Positions 17,996-28,282 of a stretch of 64,000 bases of DNA are shown here, piece after piece. The DNA is taken from the NCBI GenBank assembly GCA_965263035.1, contig OZ253580.1:1984001-2048000 (forward strand), written 5' to 3'. The stretch is from Acidobacteriota bacterium (lineage in GTDB: Bacteria; Acidobacteriota; UBA6911; RPQK01; JAJDTT01). The position numbers and the translations under genes were made by a program. The notes under the pieces were generated by a model. The model was not told the DNA's origin and ran no database searches. It saw only the letters and a list, made by a program, of their open reading frames with translations. Within the stretch, counting starts at the first letter, position 1. Each line of letters opens with the position of its first letter.

Positions 17996-19147
17996 ATGAC
18001 TCAGGACGTAAGCCGGTACATTCGGCCTCCCGTCGAACGCGAATTGTGGGGCCGGGCGGCAGGCCGTTGCGAGTTTTGGGGTTGCAACCGGCTCCTCTAC
18101 AAGTCGCCGGTCACTCAGGAACGGGTCAATCTTGCAGAAAAGGCGCACATCTACTCCTTTTCTGAGCACGGACCGCGCGGCTGGGGCCCGTTTGTTAAGA
18201 ACAAGAAGGGACTGAACGACATCTCAAACTTGATGCTGGTTTGCCACGACTGCCACAAAAAGATCGATCAGGACGTTGACGGTGCCCGCTACAAAGCGAG
18301 CCTCTTGATTGATTGGAAACGCCAGCACGAAGAGCGTGTGCGCATCGTCACCGGGACCAGTCCGAACAGGAAATCCCACGTCATTCTCTATGGCGGAAAG
18401 ATCGGCGAAGAGAATTCGCCGCTACAGTTCGAACGTGCGATTGCCGCCATGTTCCCGGAGTGGTTTCCCGCAGATGAGCGGCCAGTCATCCTCTCGATGA
18501 GTTCAGAGCATGAGGACACGGAAGAACTGTTCTGGCAGAGCGAAACGGCCCATTTGCGTGCCGCGTTCGAGCGCCACGTCGTGCGTCGAATCAACGAAGC
18601 CAACCCCAACCATTTTTCCGTCTTCGCGTTTGCCAATCAGCCGCTTCTCATCCTTCTAGGTGTACTGCTCACTGACAAAGTCCCGGCTGAACTGTATCAG
18701 CTGCACCGGGAACCCGCCGGATGGTGCTGGCAGCCCGACGGGCCTGAGGGGTTCTCCTTCCGCACGGTCAGGCCGCAGCAGCAACATGGGACACCGGCTC
18801 TTGTCATTTCACTCAGCGCCCGCATTGATTCTGACCGCATCACGTCCATTCTTGGGCCGGCGACGGCTATCTGGGAACTGACAGTCGATGAATGCCACAA
18901 CGACTTTCTCAAGTCTCGCGCCCAGCTTGCGGCTTTTCGTGAAGCCGCAAGGAAGCTCATTGTTGAGATTGCGGACGCTCACGGCCAGCGCACACCGCTC
19001 AACATCTTCCCGGCCATGCCCGTTGCCTGTGCTGTCGAGCTGGGACGCATACGCATGCCGAAAGCCGACATGCCCTGGATTGTTTTCGATCAGAACAACA
19101 AGCTTGGGGGATTTATCAAGGCACTGGAGATAGGAGGAACATCGTGA
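17996..19147 (+). CDS. CBASS effector: HNH endonuclease-SAVED (Cap5-like)
   Basis: N-terminal LWGRAAGRCEFWGC...AHI...NLMLVCHDCHKKID (HNH/Zn); C-terminal SAVED FAFANQPLLILLG, YQLHR..W.W, IFPAMPVACAVELGR; overlaps CD-NTase start (GTGA). Confidence 0.88.
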   Translation: MTQDVSRYIRPPVERELWGRAAGRCEFWGCNRLLYKSPVTQERVNLAEKAHIYSFSEHGPRGWGPFVKNKKGLNDISNLMLVCHDCHKKIDQDVDGARYKASLLIDWKRQHEERVRIVTGTSPNRKSHVILYGGKIGEENSPLQFERAIAAMFPEWFPADERPVILSMSSEHEDTEELFWQSETAHLRAAFERHVVRRINEANPNHFSVFAFANQPLLILLGVLLTDKVPAELYQLHREPAGWCWQPDGPEGFSFRTVRPQQQHGTPALVISLSARIDSDRITSILGPATAIWELTVDECHNDFLKSRAQLAAFREAARKLIVEIADAHGQRTPLNIFPAMPVACAVELGRIRMPKADMPWIVFDQNNKLGGFIKALEIGGTS

Positions 19148-20343
19148 GTACTACGACTGGACACGGGATCCTTGAAGAGATTGCTAAGACGATAGAAATA
19201 CCGGATTCCGCCTATGAAACCGCGGAAAGGCGTTATAGAGACCTCGGCAATTGGTTCGCGCAACCTAGTTCGCTTTGCGGCCGCTTCGATCCGCACATCC
19301 ACGCGCAGGGCTCGTTTCGCTTAGGCACCGTCATCCGCCCGCTGGGGGATGCCGAAGCCTATGATCTCGACCTCTCCTGTAAGCTCAGGCAGGGCATCAG
19401 CAAGACCACTCAGACCCAGGAAGATGTCAAAATGCTCGTTGGGGTCGATGTGAAAAGCTACCGTAGGGCTCGCCAAATCGACAAACCTGTGCAGAATAAG
19501 CATCGCTGCTGGCGCCTGGAATATGCCGACGATCTCAGCTTCCATATCGACATCGTTCCGTGCATTCCAGAAGAGTACTCCCGACAGCGCCTGATTGAAG
19601 ACGCCATCATTAAGGCTCAATCATCAGATGAGGCTCTGGCGAAGACCATTGCCGACCTAAGCGTCAACATTACGGACGACCGCCTTCCCGGATACAGGAT
19701 ACTCACCACCGACTGGCTGCTTAGCAATCCGGAAGGTTACGCGCGCTGGTTTGAATCGCGGATGAGTTTGGCCAGGACGATGCTTGAAGCCCTCAAACGT
19801 CAGTACAAGGCTGCCGAGATCGAAGACATCCCTGCATTCAAGTGGAAGACACCGCTCCAGCGCTGTGTACAAATGTTCAAGCGCCATCGCGACATCATGT
19901 TCGCCGACAAGCCGGACGTGAAACCGATCTCGATCATCATCACGACTCTCGCCGGGCGCGCCTATCAAGGGGAAACCGATCTCTGGGAAGCCGCACGCAA
20001 TGTCCTCGACAAGATGGGGGGACTTGTCAATCCGCAAGCGCCGCGCGTTCCGAATCCGGTGAACCCGGCGGAGGATTTTGCCGATAAGTGGAGCACGCAG
20101 GAAGGGCGTGCCAACCGGCTCGAAGAGAACTTCCACGCATGGCTGACCCAGGCCGGATCGGACTTCCAGGCGCTGGCCTCCTCTCGGGATACTGAATTTA
20201 TATCCGAACTGGCCCACCAGAAACTGGACGCCCGCCTCAAAGCCGCTGATTTACGCTCCATAGCCAGCCTTGCGGCACCAATCGGCTTCGCGCCGAAGAC
20301 GCACCACATCGTCGAAAAGCCCGCCCGGCCTTGGATGCGATGA
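19144..20343 (+). CDS. CBASS cGAS/DncV-like nucleotidyltransferase (CD-NTase, probably clade G-like)
   Basis: QGSFRLGTVIRP...YDLD, HIDIVP, SNPEGYARWF, TPLQRCVQMFKRHRD, PISIIITTLA, NPVNPAEDFADKW. Confidence 0.92.
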   Translation: MSTTTGHGILEEIAKTIEIPDSAYETAERRYRDLGNWFAQPSSLCGRFDPHIHAQGSFRLGTVIRPLGDAEAYDLDLSCKLRQGISKTTQTQEDVKMLVGVDVKSYRRARQIDKPVQNKHRCWRLEYADDLSFHIDIVPCIPEEYSRQRLIEDAIIKAQSSDEALAKTIADLSVNITDDRLPGYRILTTDWLLSNPEGYARWFESRMSLARTMLEALKRQYKAAEIEDIPAFKWKTPLQRCVQMFKRHRDIMFADKPDVKPISIIITTLAGRAYQGETDLWEAARNVLDKMGGLVNPQAPRVPNPVNPAEDFADKWSTQEGRANRLEENFHAWLTQAGSDFQALASSRDTEFISELAHQKLDARLKAADLRSIASLAAPIGFAPKTHHIVEKPARPWMR

Positions 20344-20352
20344 GGGGCACGA

Positions 20353-20991
20353 TTGAGGGAAATCTTACCGGGGTTGCGGGCCTTTCTGAAAGACTACCCT
20401 CACATGAGCATCCGACCAGCCTCCTTTCCGGGCCTGGTGATCCGAGGGCCATTTCATTTTACGGCCCGGCATGAAGGTAAACCTGAGATCACCGACAGCT
20501 TCGACCTGCGTATCGCGGTTCCTCCCGCGTTCCCTTGTGATCTACCTAAAGTCACCGAACTAGCAAAGAGGATTCCGCGAAACGGTGACTTCCACGTCAA
20601 CCCCGATACCACCTTGTGTCTGGGTTCTCCTTTGCGCCTGCTCTCTAGGCTTTCCAAGCACCCTTCCTTACCGGGTTTTGCGTCTTATTGCCTAGTTCCT
20701 TACCTGTATGCGGTGACCCATAAACTCCAGTTCGGTGGCGAGTTGCTTTTCAGCGAACTCAAACACGGTACGGAAGGTATCATTGAGGACTATTTGGATC
20801 TGTTCGGTCTGAGCAATCCTGAGCAGGCACGGAGCGTCTTGCGCCTGCTTGGCATGAAAAAGCGCAGCGCCAACAAAGAGCCGTGCCCGTGTGAATGCGG
20901 CAAACGCCTCGGCCGCTGCCGCTTCAACAGAAAGATGAGGGAGTTTCGCCAGCGGGCAAGCCGGTCGTGGTTCAGGACCCACCAGATATAG
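20353..20991 (+). CDS. Stand-alone prokaryotic E2 (ubiquitin-conjugating fold) protein with C-terminal SEC-C-like Zn motif
   Basis: LRIAVPPAFP..LPKV....IP....HVNPDTTLCLG (E2 fold with putative catalytic Cys); C-terminal NKEPCPCECGKRLGRC; directly follows CD-NTase. Confidence 0.75.
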   Translation: MREILPGLRAFLKDYPHMSIRPASFPGLVIRGPFHFTARHEGKPEITDSFDLRIAVPPAFPCDLPKVTELAKRIPRNGDFHVNPDTTLCLGSPLRLLSRLSKHPSLPGFASYCLVPYLYAVTHKLQFGGELLFSELKHGTEGIIEDYLDLFGLSNPEQARSVLRLLGMKKRSANKEPCPCECGKRLGRCRFNRKMREFRQRASRSWFRTHQI

Positions 20992-21119
20992 CCCCGAGCC
21001 GTGGTATCTGACCGGCTACCCTACCGAAATTTGCAGTGGACGACGCTGGCCCGGGCGGGGAAGAGGACGGCAAAGACGGGAGATCTGGAGGTGGATTGGG
21101 TCACCTACACAACGCGCGA

Positions 21120-21240
21120 ATGGATTCGGAAAGCGCCACACCGGTGGATCAAAGAAGTGTTGGCAACTCGTCGGTTCAGCGTCCGCAGACTGGAGAAGGC
21201 GCGAGCCGAGTGGGGTTTGGTGTGTCTGGCACAAATGGTG
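21120..21240 (+). pseudogene. IS1182/IS5-like transposase C-terminal remnant
   Basis: WIKEVLATRRFSVRRLEKARAEWGLVCLA resembles the C-terminus of the intact IS1182 transposase (QIKNSGFRGFGLRGKAKVAGEFSLVCVA). Confidence 0.6.
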
Positions 21241-21554
21241 ATATCGGTACAATCCTTGATGGCTACCTACCAGAGCCCAGGGGAACCCTTCGACAATGTC
21301 ATCAACGGTCGGAACCAGTATTCCCGTCGATTCTGTGGCGCTTCGGCCGCTCCTCCCACCTGCCAACCGGAAGATTCTCTCCGACCCGGGTCTTAACCGC
21401 GAGGATCAATAACCCTACTGGTCGTGCAAGTTTTCTACGGTGCAGCCTCCTAGCCGGCAAACTTCCAGGGGCAAGCAGGGGAGGGGAAGTGGCGACTGCA
21501 ATGTCGCCACTTCAAATGGGATTTTCGACCTTGAAGAGAGGAAGATTCGGAAAA

Positions 21555-23171
21555 ATGAGATTGTCTTCTTTGGTGAAAATCTATTCGCTGCTCGGGTTGT
21601 CGCTGGCTGTCTCCTGCCAATCAGGAGAGCCAACCGAGGATCGCCCCGACGGGGTGACGGTTCTGGTGGGGAGTCGCCCCGTGGTGAAGGAGGCTTCGCT
21701 TTTCCCTTTCGACAACGGCTCGATTCCCTTCACCCAGAACGTCGGGTTGGAGCTGCACCCGCCGCGCAAGTATCCGGGCAATCCGGTCCTGCCCAGAGGC
21801 TCGGAGGGGGAACCGGACGAATTCGGAGTCCAGTTCTACGGCTCAGTGGTCCGACACGAGGGAAAGTTCAAGCTCTGGTACGTGGCCATCGGCAGCGATC
21901 CCTTTACGGTCGTGGAGAAGGACCTGATGTGGACCCCCCGCGTGGACATCGTCCCATTGAAGTGGCGTCCCGCCTACGCCGAGAGCGCCGACGGCATTCA
22001 CTGGACACGGCCCGCACTGAGTCTGGCGGAGTACGACGGCAGCCGGGACAACAACCTGGTGTTGATGGAGCCCGCACCTTTGGGAGCCATCAACCTGAAG
22101 GTGATCCACGATCCGGAAGACCCGGATCCCTCCCGGCAATTCAAGATGTCCATCCACACCTGGTGGCACGAGGAGGGGAAGAAGGGGTTGGGGACTCTGG
22201 CCCCAGCGGTGAGCGGCGACGGCCTGCGCTGGCGGCTGGCCATTCCCGGGACTCCGGAGAACGGCCTGCTGCCCAAGGAGAACACGGTCATCCCGACGGA
22301 CCACTTCGAGGCCGCCGGGGGTCTCTACAAGTGGGGCGGGCTGTTTCACGCCTCGGGCCAGGGAGCCCGGCCGGTCTACGCGGTCGACTCCTGGGGCCGA
22401 TCGGTCGGCACCTACCGCTCCGCCGACTTCGTCCACTGGGAACATACCGGGACCCTCTCCTTCTCCCGGGAGGGGCAGCACCAGAAGGTCCCCAGCGGGC
22501 AGGGTGAAGAGTCTCACGAGGGGATCAGCGTCTGGAACCGGGGCAACGTCCTGCTGGGACTCTATGGAATCTGGCATGGGTCGCCCGACTGGCGGGGGCG
22601 GACCGTGGATCTGGGTTTCGTCGTCAGCAACGACGGCATCCATTTCCGGGAGCCCCTCACCGACTTCGTCTTCATCCGCCGGGGAGAGGACCACGAATGG
22701 GACCAGGGCGGCCTGATCCAGGGTCAGGGCTTCGAAAACGTGGGGGAGGAGACCTACATCTGGTACGGAACCTGGGACCCGGGGTCGCTGGAGCCCCGGG
22801 GCGGCGTGGGTCTGGCCACGCTGGAGCGGGACCGCCTGGGCTCCTTCTCGGTTCGGGACGACTCGATTCCGGCGGCCTTCATGACGGCCGCCATCGAGGC
22901 CCGTGGAGAAGCGAAGTTGTGGATCAACGCCGATGGCGTCTCCGAAGACGCCACGCTTCGTCTGGAGCTCTATGACGCGTTGGAGCGGCCGCTGGCCGGT
23001 TTCTCGGGTAAAGAGGCCGCCGTGTTGAAGGAATCGGGTCTGCGGGTCCCGGTCTCCTGGCCGGGATCGAACGGGATCCCGCGAGTGGAGAAACCTTTCA
23101 AGATCAAGGTGGATTTCGAAGGAGCGGAGGCGGCAGGCATCCGCGTCTACGCCCTGTATATCGGAACCTGA
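21555..23171 (+). CDS. Lipoprotein GH32/GH43-like beta-propeller protein (divergent subfamily)
   Basis: Lipobox LAVSC; KYPGNPVL, FKLWY, ESADGIHWTRP, SNDGIHFREP, GLATLERDR; real start taken as 21555, not the upstream extension. Confidence 0.72.
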   Translation: MRLSSLVKIYSLLGLSLAVSCQSGEPTEDRPDGVTVLVGSRPVVKEASLFPFDNGSIPFTQNVGLELHPPRKYPGNPVLPRGSEGEPDEFGVQFYGSVVRHEGKFKLWYVAIGSDPFTVVEKDLMWTPRVDIVPLKWRPAYAESADGIHWTRPALSLAEYDGSRDNNLVLMEPAPLGAINLKVIHDPEDPDPSRQFKMSIHTWWHEEGKKGLGTLAPAVSGDGLRWRLAIPGTPENGLLPKENTVIPTDHFEAAGGLYKWGGLFHASGQGARPVYAVDSWGRSVGTYRSADFVHWEHTGTLSFSREGQHQKVPSGQGEESHEGISVWNRGNVLLGLYGIWHGSPDWRGRTVDLGFVVSNDGIHFREPLTDFVFIRRGEDHEWDQGGLIQGQGFENVGEETYIWYGTWDPGSLEPRGGVGLATLERDRLGSFSVRDDSIPAAFMTAAIEARGEAKLWINADGVSEDATLRLELYDALERPLAGFSGKEAAVLKESGLRVPVSWPGSNGIPRVEKPFKIKVDFEGAEAAGIRVYALYIGT

Positions 23172-23194
23172 CGCCCTGGCGGGTGGCTCCGGCT

Positions 23195-23929
23195 TCAAAC
23201 CGGTCTCGACGCCGCGAAGGCCGTGATCGGAGGGGAGGCCATGAAGTCGTCCCAGAAGGGATTGCGGTGTTGGGACGGATGCAACGACAGCTCAACCCAT
23301 CGGAAGTCCCGGAATCCGGCTGCGCGGAAGGCTCGCTCGTAGGTGCGCGGTTCGAGGTAGAAGTTTTCGAACTCGAATTGCTGCCCGTCCTCGTTGGTCA
23401 CGGTGTACAGAATGACGTCCCCCTCCTTCGGATCGGGCGGACAGGACTTCTCCAGGCCGTATTTCCTCAAGGACACGGACCCCACGGGCGGATGCCGGAC
23501 ATTGTCGTTCACGCCGGTGAAACGTCCTCCCGGCCGTAGCGCATCGTGACAAACCCGGCAGAATTTGCCGAGTTGCTCCCGAGTACGAGCGTAGTTCAGG
23601 AGGTACATGGCGACAACCAGGTCGACCGGTTCCGCCGGTTCGAAGGCCGCGGCGTCCCCATGCAGATAGGCACAGCCGAGAGGACGTCTCCTCTCTTCCT
23701 GTTCCGCCAATCGAATCATCTCGATGGAGACATCGACACCCGTGACCTGGGAAGCTCCGGCCCGTTTCAGCAGGCGCGTATAGAACCCGTGCCCGCAGGC
23801 CATGTCCAGCACCCTTTGGCCTCGAATGTTTCCCAGGATCTCGAACAGCGTGTGTCGCTCGATCACCGCCCGAAAGGGGAGCTGTTTGGAATCCCGGTAC
23901 GCTTCCGCGATGGAGTCGTATGGTTCCAT
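23195..23929 (-). CDS. Class I SAM-dependent methyltransferase
   Basis: VLDMACGHGFY, VTGVDVSIEMI, DLVVAMYLLNYA, LRPGG motifs. Confidence 0.9.
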   Translation of the reverse strand: MEPYDSIAEAYRDSKQLPFRAVIERHTLFEILGNIRGQRVLDMACGHGFYTRLLKRAGASQVTGVDVSIEMIRLAEQEERRRPLGCAYLHGDAAAFEPAEPVDLVVAMYLLNYARTREQLGKFCRVCHDALRPGGRFTGVNDNVRHPPVGSVSLRKYGLEKSCPPDPKEGDVILYTVTNEDGQQFEFENFYLEPRTYERAFRAAGFRDFRWVELSLHPSQHRNPFWDDFMASPPITAFAASRPV

Positions 23930-23986
23930 TGCGTGTGGTGCGGACGATTGATTTGCGGCGGCAGCTCTCGCCGCCCGCCTTTGGGG

Positions 23987-24788
23987 CTAGTCCGGAACCA
24001 CCATCGTGATAGAGGAGCGGCTGCACGTCCTCCGGAAGGCGCCGGTAGACCGATTCCGGCAGAGGTTGGACTTTGGGATCGGTATGGTCGCCCCCCCCTC
24101 GGTCCTCGATGATCTGTTTGCGGTCGCGGCTGCCGGGGCGCAAGGGTCCCAGGTTGACCCACCACGGAGCGTAGCGTACGAGGACGCCGACCCGCTCCTC
24201 GTCGGTCACGTTGGGCGCGATGCTGTGCCAGGTCCGGGCATCGAAGACGGCCACGTCGCCGGGATTTCCCTCGATCTGGGTCTCCCCCTCGAACACCGAG
24301 TTCGGGTCCAGGTCGGTCCCTTTCCGGGGCGCCCGGTTCCGCATGTGGCTGCCCGGCACCACCATGGTTCCGCCATTGGCCCGGGTGAACCGGGACAGCA
24401 TCCACATGGTCACCAGATTCAACACCACGTCGGGATAGGGGGCCCGGACGCAGGAGAGCTGGTCCTGGTTGTAGGGCCAGTCCGCGTGGACGGTTCCCCG
24501 CTGGAGTCCGGGGCCGTTGATGGTGCCGGTGAGCATGGAGATGCGGGCGTTGTGACCGAAGAGCTCGCCCACGATGGCCATGATCCGAGGATGGTTCAGG
24601 TAGGGGGCGAGGGCCTGGTTCAGACGGAGGAAACCGGTGACGTATCCCTGGGGCAGCGGCAAGCTGGTGTGCTTGCGGACCGTTTCGGCAACGCTTCGCC
24701 GCACCGCGCCCACCAGGTCGGCCTGGATGACCGATCTCAGAATCACATACCCGTCGCGGCGGAGCACCTCCATTGGATCTTCATGCAT
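23987..24788 (-). CDS. Phytanoyl-CoA dioxygenase (PhyH) family 2OG-Fe(II) oxygenase, probable frameshift at extreme C-terminus
   Basis: DGYVIL, HADWP (HxD), NGGTMVVPGSH, GDVAVFDARTWH, N....R; an alternative frame gives YH-MVVPD* at 23987 whereas the current frame runs on to 23292. Confidence 0.8.
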
Positions 24789-24998
24789 GGCTGAACCTCT
24801 CCCGGAAGTCTCACACGTCGGGCCGGTGTTCTCAAGAGGACGGGAAGGCGCCGCCTGCGACCTGCGTGCTGGTTCCCGATCACCCGGTTTCCGGTCCCGG
24901 CATATGACAAGGAGGACCCGACACTGTAGAGTTTCCTCATGTCACGGGGTTGCATTGCCTGCCCCCCCACGCCTGCCGTAACCATGGGAGAAACCAGG

Positions 24999-26591
24999 AT
25001 GTCCATCCGCACCGCCATCCGCCGCCTCCAGTCGCTGACCCTGCTCCTTCCCGTCTTTGCCGCCGGAGCTCTGGCCAACACCGTCGACGTGGGGTCCCAG
25101 AAGCAGCTCTTCTTCGACGACCACGTGATCGAATCCATGCAGGGCGTCTACCGAATCATGAACCAGCCGCTCAAGTATGCCGGGAACCCGGTGATCCGGA
25201 TGGACCGGTGCTGGGAGGCGGACATGCACTTCGGCAACTCTCCCAACCTGGCCTACGATCCGGATCGAGGCGTCTACCAGATGTGGCACCAGGTGGTGAA
25301 CTACAACTGGTCGGAGAACTTCGTCGGCTACTACGAATCCCGTGACGGGATGCACTGGGACAAGCCGCTGGTGGGGCAGTTCGACTATCACTCCTCCTGG
25401 TGCCGGGGAGAACCCTCCCGGAACCACAATTTCGTCTTCGGGAAGGGCGTGGGCGCCCGCGCGCCGGGGGTCGCCCGCGACCCGCACGAGTCCGATCCCC
25501 GGAAGCGCTACAAGATGCTCTACCGCCACAACAGCAAGGACCCGAAAGTGAACGGAGTCTGGGCGGCCCATTCGCCCGACGGCATCCAATGGGAACTCTA
25601 CGACGGCGTCAATCCGGTCTTCTTGAACAACGACACGCATCAGGTCTTCTTCTGGGATCCCCGGCGCCGGCTCTACGTGGCGCATATTCGCCTTTGGCCC
25701 CCCATCTTCAAGGACCATCCGCTGTTTCAGGGGACCCGCCGGGAAGGCCGGGTGAGGACCCCGGGAATCGCCACCAGTCCCGATTTTCTGAGTTGGGACG
25801 CCCCCACGGAGATGAAGGATCCGGTCGAGGTGAACAAGAAGTACATCCTGGTTCCGCCGGACGAGAAGGACGCTCCCTGCACCGGCGGGTTCTATACCTT
25901 CGAGACCCTGCTCTACGAAGGGATCTACATCGGGTTCCTGACCCCCTACCACATCTGTCCGGGGATGGAGCCCATGACGCCTCCCAGCCGGGATCTGGCG
26001 CGAAACCCGTGGCTGGACCGGATCGACATCCAGCTGGCCTTCAGCCGGGACGGAACCACCTGGCAGCGGGTGGGACAGCGGCGGCCCTTCATTCCCAACG
26101 GCTCCGAGGGCAGCTACGACTCGGGGATGATCTTCGTGGCCCAGCCGCCCCTGGTCCGGGAGGATCGGGGTGAGATCTGGCTCTACTACACCGGGTTCAA
26201 AAAGGGGCATTGGGGCGTGAACCGGGGCGAGAACCAGGAGAGTTCCCAGAACCTGGCCGTGCTTCGCCTGGACGGATTCGTCTCGCTGGCGGCGGGGCGG
26301 GGCAACTTCACCACCAAACCCCTGAGATTCTCGGGGAACCGGCTGAAACTGAACGGGTCGACGGCGGGAGACGAGGGGAGCATCCAGGTGGAAATCCTGG
26401 ATCCTGAAACCGGCGAGCCCTTGCCCGGTTACTCGCGGGAGGATTGCCAAGCCTTCCGGGGAGACTCGATCGCACACACGGTGAGTTGGGGGAACCAAGC
26501 CGGCTTGGCGTCCCTGGCCGGCAGCACGGTCCAGCTCAGATTCCACATGCAGCGCAGCAAGATCTTCTCCTTCCAGTTCTCTTCGGAATGA
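24999..26591 (+). CDS. Secreted GH32/GH43-like beta-propeller protein (subfamily A)
   Basis: Close paralog of 6896-8521 (NQPLKYAGNPVI, NNDTHQ, TPGIATSPDF, LRLDGFVSL); signal peptide. Confidence 0.75.
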   Translation: MSIRTAIRRLQSLTLLLPVFAAGALANTVDVGSQKQLFFDDHVIESMQGVYRIMNQPLKYAGNPVIRMDRCWEADMHFGNSPNLAYDPDRGVYQMWHQVVNYNWSENFVGYYESRDGMHWDKPLVGQFDYHSSWCRGEPSRNHNFVFGKGVGARAPGVARDPHESDPRKRYKMLYRHNSKDPKVNGVWAAHSPDGIQWELYDGVNPVFLNNDTHQVFFWDPRRRLYVAHIRLWPPIFKDHPLFQGTRREGRVRTPGIATSPDFLSWDAPTEMKDPVEVNKKYILVPPDEKDAPCTGGFYTFETLLYEGIYIGFLTPYHICPGMEPMTPPSRDLARNPWLDRIDIQLAFSRDGTTWQRVGQRRPFIPNGSEGSYDSGMIFVAQPPLVREDRGEIWLYYTGFKKGHWGVNRGENQESSQNLAVLRLDGFVSLAAGRGNFTTKPLRFSGNRLKLNGSTAGDEGSIQVEILDPETGEPLPGYSREDCQAFRGDSIAHTVSWGNQAGLASLAGSTVQLRFHMQRSKIFSFQFSSE

Positions 26592-26650
26592 GCAACGGTG
26601 GATGCCCCCGCCATGATTTATCCACGGGCTGCTATATTGTCCTCATAAAG

Positions 26651-28264
26651 ATGCTTACCGTTCGAACCTCGGTGGCTGCCGGCTGGATCTTGTTGGCTTC
26701 TGCCTCGACGGCCGCCGTGGGGCCATCCCAGAGCGACCAAGAGCGCCGCGAGCAGATGCTCCAGGAGGAGCAGGAAGACTACTACCGGAAATGGCTCAAG
26801 GAGGACGTGGTCTACATCATCACCCGCGAGGAACGGGAGATCTTCGAGAGTCTGACTGCCGACGACGAGCGGGACGCCTTTATCGAGCAGTTCTGGAGGC
26901 GGAGAGACCCGGACTCCAAAACCTCCTACAACGAGTTCAAGGAGGAGCACTACCGCCGCATCGCCTACGCCAACGAACGCTACGCCTCCGGTGTGGAGGG
27001 CTGGTATACGGACCGGGGCCGCATCTACATCAGCTACGGCCCCCCCAACACCATTGACGATCACATGGGCGGCATCTATCGCCGCCGCCCCGAAGAGGGA
27101 GGCGGCTGGACCAGCACCTACGCCTTCCAGCGCTGGTTCTACAACCACCTTCCGGGCGTGGGATCGGGGATCGAGATCGAGTTCGTGGACGCCAGCAAGA
27201 CGGGGGAATACAAGCTGGCCCTGAGGCCTTCCGAGAAGGACGCCCTCTGGGTGAGCGGAGGAGGACCGACCCGTTGGGAACAGATGGGTCTGGCGACCCG
27301 TGACGGAAGCATGGTCTCCGACCTGGCCATGCGACGCCTGGGTCTGGAAACCGAGCCCATGTTCATGAGAGGAGCCAAGCCCTTCGACCGCCTGCGCCAA
27401 TACTTCGACCTTCGCAGACCTCCCGAGTTCAAGTTCGAAAAGCTGGCGACCGAGGTGGAGACCCGGATTCTGTACAATCCGATCCCTCTGAAGGTGGTGT
27501 CCGCCGTCTACCGGGTGGGGCAGAACGCCTTCCTGATTCCTCTGACGGTCCAGATCCCGGCGACCGAACTGTCGTACGCGCAGTTCGGAGATTCGAACCA
27601 ACGGGCCACGGTGGAGATCTACGGCAGGGTCGAGGACCTGTCCGGGAAGGTCGTCTACGAGTTCGAGGACACGCTGGCGGGAGACAAGGGAGTCGACGAG
27701 ATTCTGAGTACGGAGACCCATTTCCTCTACCAGAAGCAGATTCCGCTCCGGCCGGGACGCTTCAAGTTCAGTCTGGTGGCCAAGGACACGCGCAGCCAGC
27801 GTGTGTCCCAGGCAGCGACCTCGATTCACGTCGGCGAGTCGAAGGCCGGGAATCTGGCGACCAGCAGCCTCATCCTGGCGGACGGGTTCGCCTCCTCCGC
27901 ACGGGAAGAGACGCTCTCCGACCCCTTCAACACACCCAGCGGCCTGAAGGTCTTTCCCAACATCACCCGCCAGTTCCGGAATGGATCGAAGCTGCACGTC
28001 TACACCGAGATCTACGAGCTGCAGGTGGACCAGGCCGCGCTGGCGCCGCTGGTCCAGGCCAAGCTCCGGCTCTTCCACGGCCGGGACGAGATCCTGGTGC
28101 AGGAGCCCAGGATGATCCAACTGGACGATCGGGTCGTACTGATTCAGGAGGTGGAGCTCAAGGATCTGCGGCCCGGCTTATACCGGATCATGCTGCAGGT
28201 GCAGGACCAGGTTTCAGGTCAGTCGCTGGTGGAGCCGGCGAGCTTCGAGATCAGGCCGAGTTGA
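26651..28264 (+). CDS. GWxTD domain-containing protein
   Basis: KWLKEDVVYII, FIEQFWRRRDP, EEHYRRIAYAN, GWYTDRGRIYISYGPP; signal peptide; TGCTATATT -10-like element upstream. Confidence 0.9.
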   Translation: MLTVRTSVAAGWILLASASTAAVGPSQSDQERREQMLQEEQEDYYRKWLKEDVVYIITREEREIFESLTADDERDAFIEQFWRRRDPDSKTSYNEFKEEHYRRIAYANERYASGVEGWYTDRGRIYISYGPPNTIDDHMGGIYRRRPEEGGGWTSTYAFQRWFYNHLPGVGSGIEIEFVDASKTGEYKLALRPSEKDALWVSGGGPTRWEQMGLATRDGSMVSDLAMRRLGLETEPMFMRGAKPFDRLRQYFDLRRPPEFKFEKLATEVETRILYNPIPLKVVSAVYRVGQNAFLIPLTVQIPATELSYAQFGDSNQRATVEIYGRVEDLSGKVVYEFEDTLAGDKGVDEILSTETHFLYQKQIPLRPGRFKFSLVAKDTRSQRVSQAATSIHVGESKAGNLATSSLILADGFASSAREETLSDPFNTPSGLKVFPNITRQFRNGSKLHVYTEIYELQVDQAALAPLVQAKLRLFHGRDEILVQEPRMIQLDDRVVLIQEVELKDLRPGLYRIMLQVQDQVSGQSLVEPASFEIRPS

Positions 28265-28282
28265 TCCGGATCGTTGGCTTGG

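Noticed and set aside
21036-21554. N-terminal extension of the 711-aa ORF
   Set aside because: Overlaps a transposase remnant in another frame; the lipoprotein signal starts at 21555
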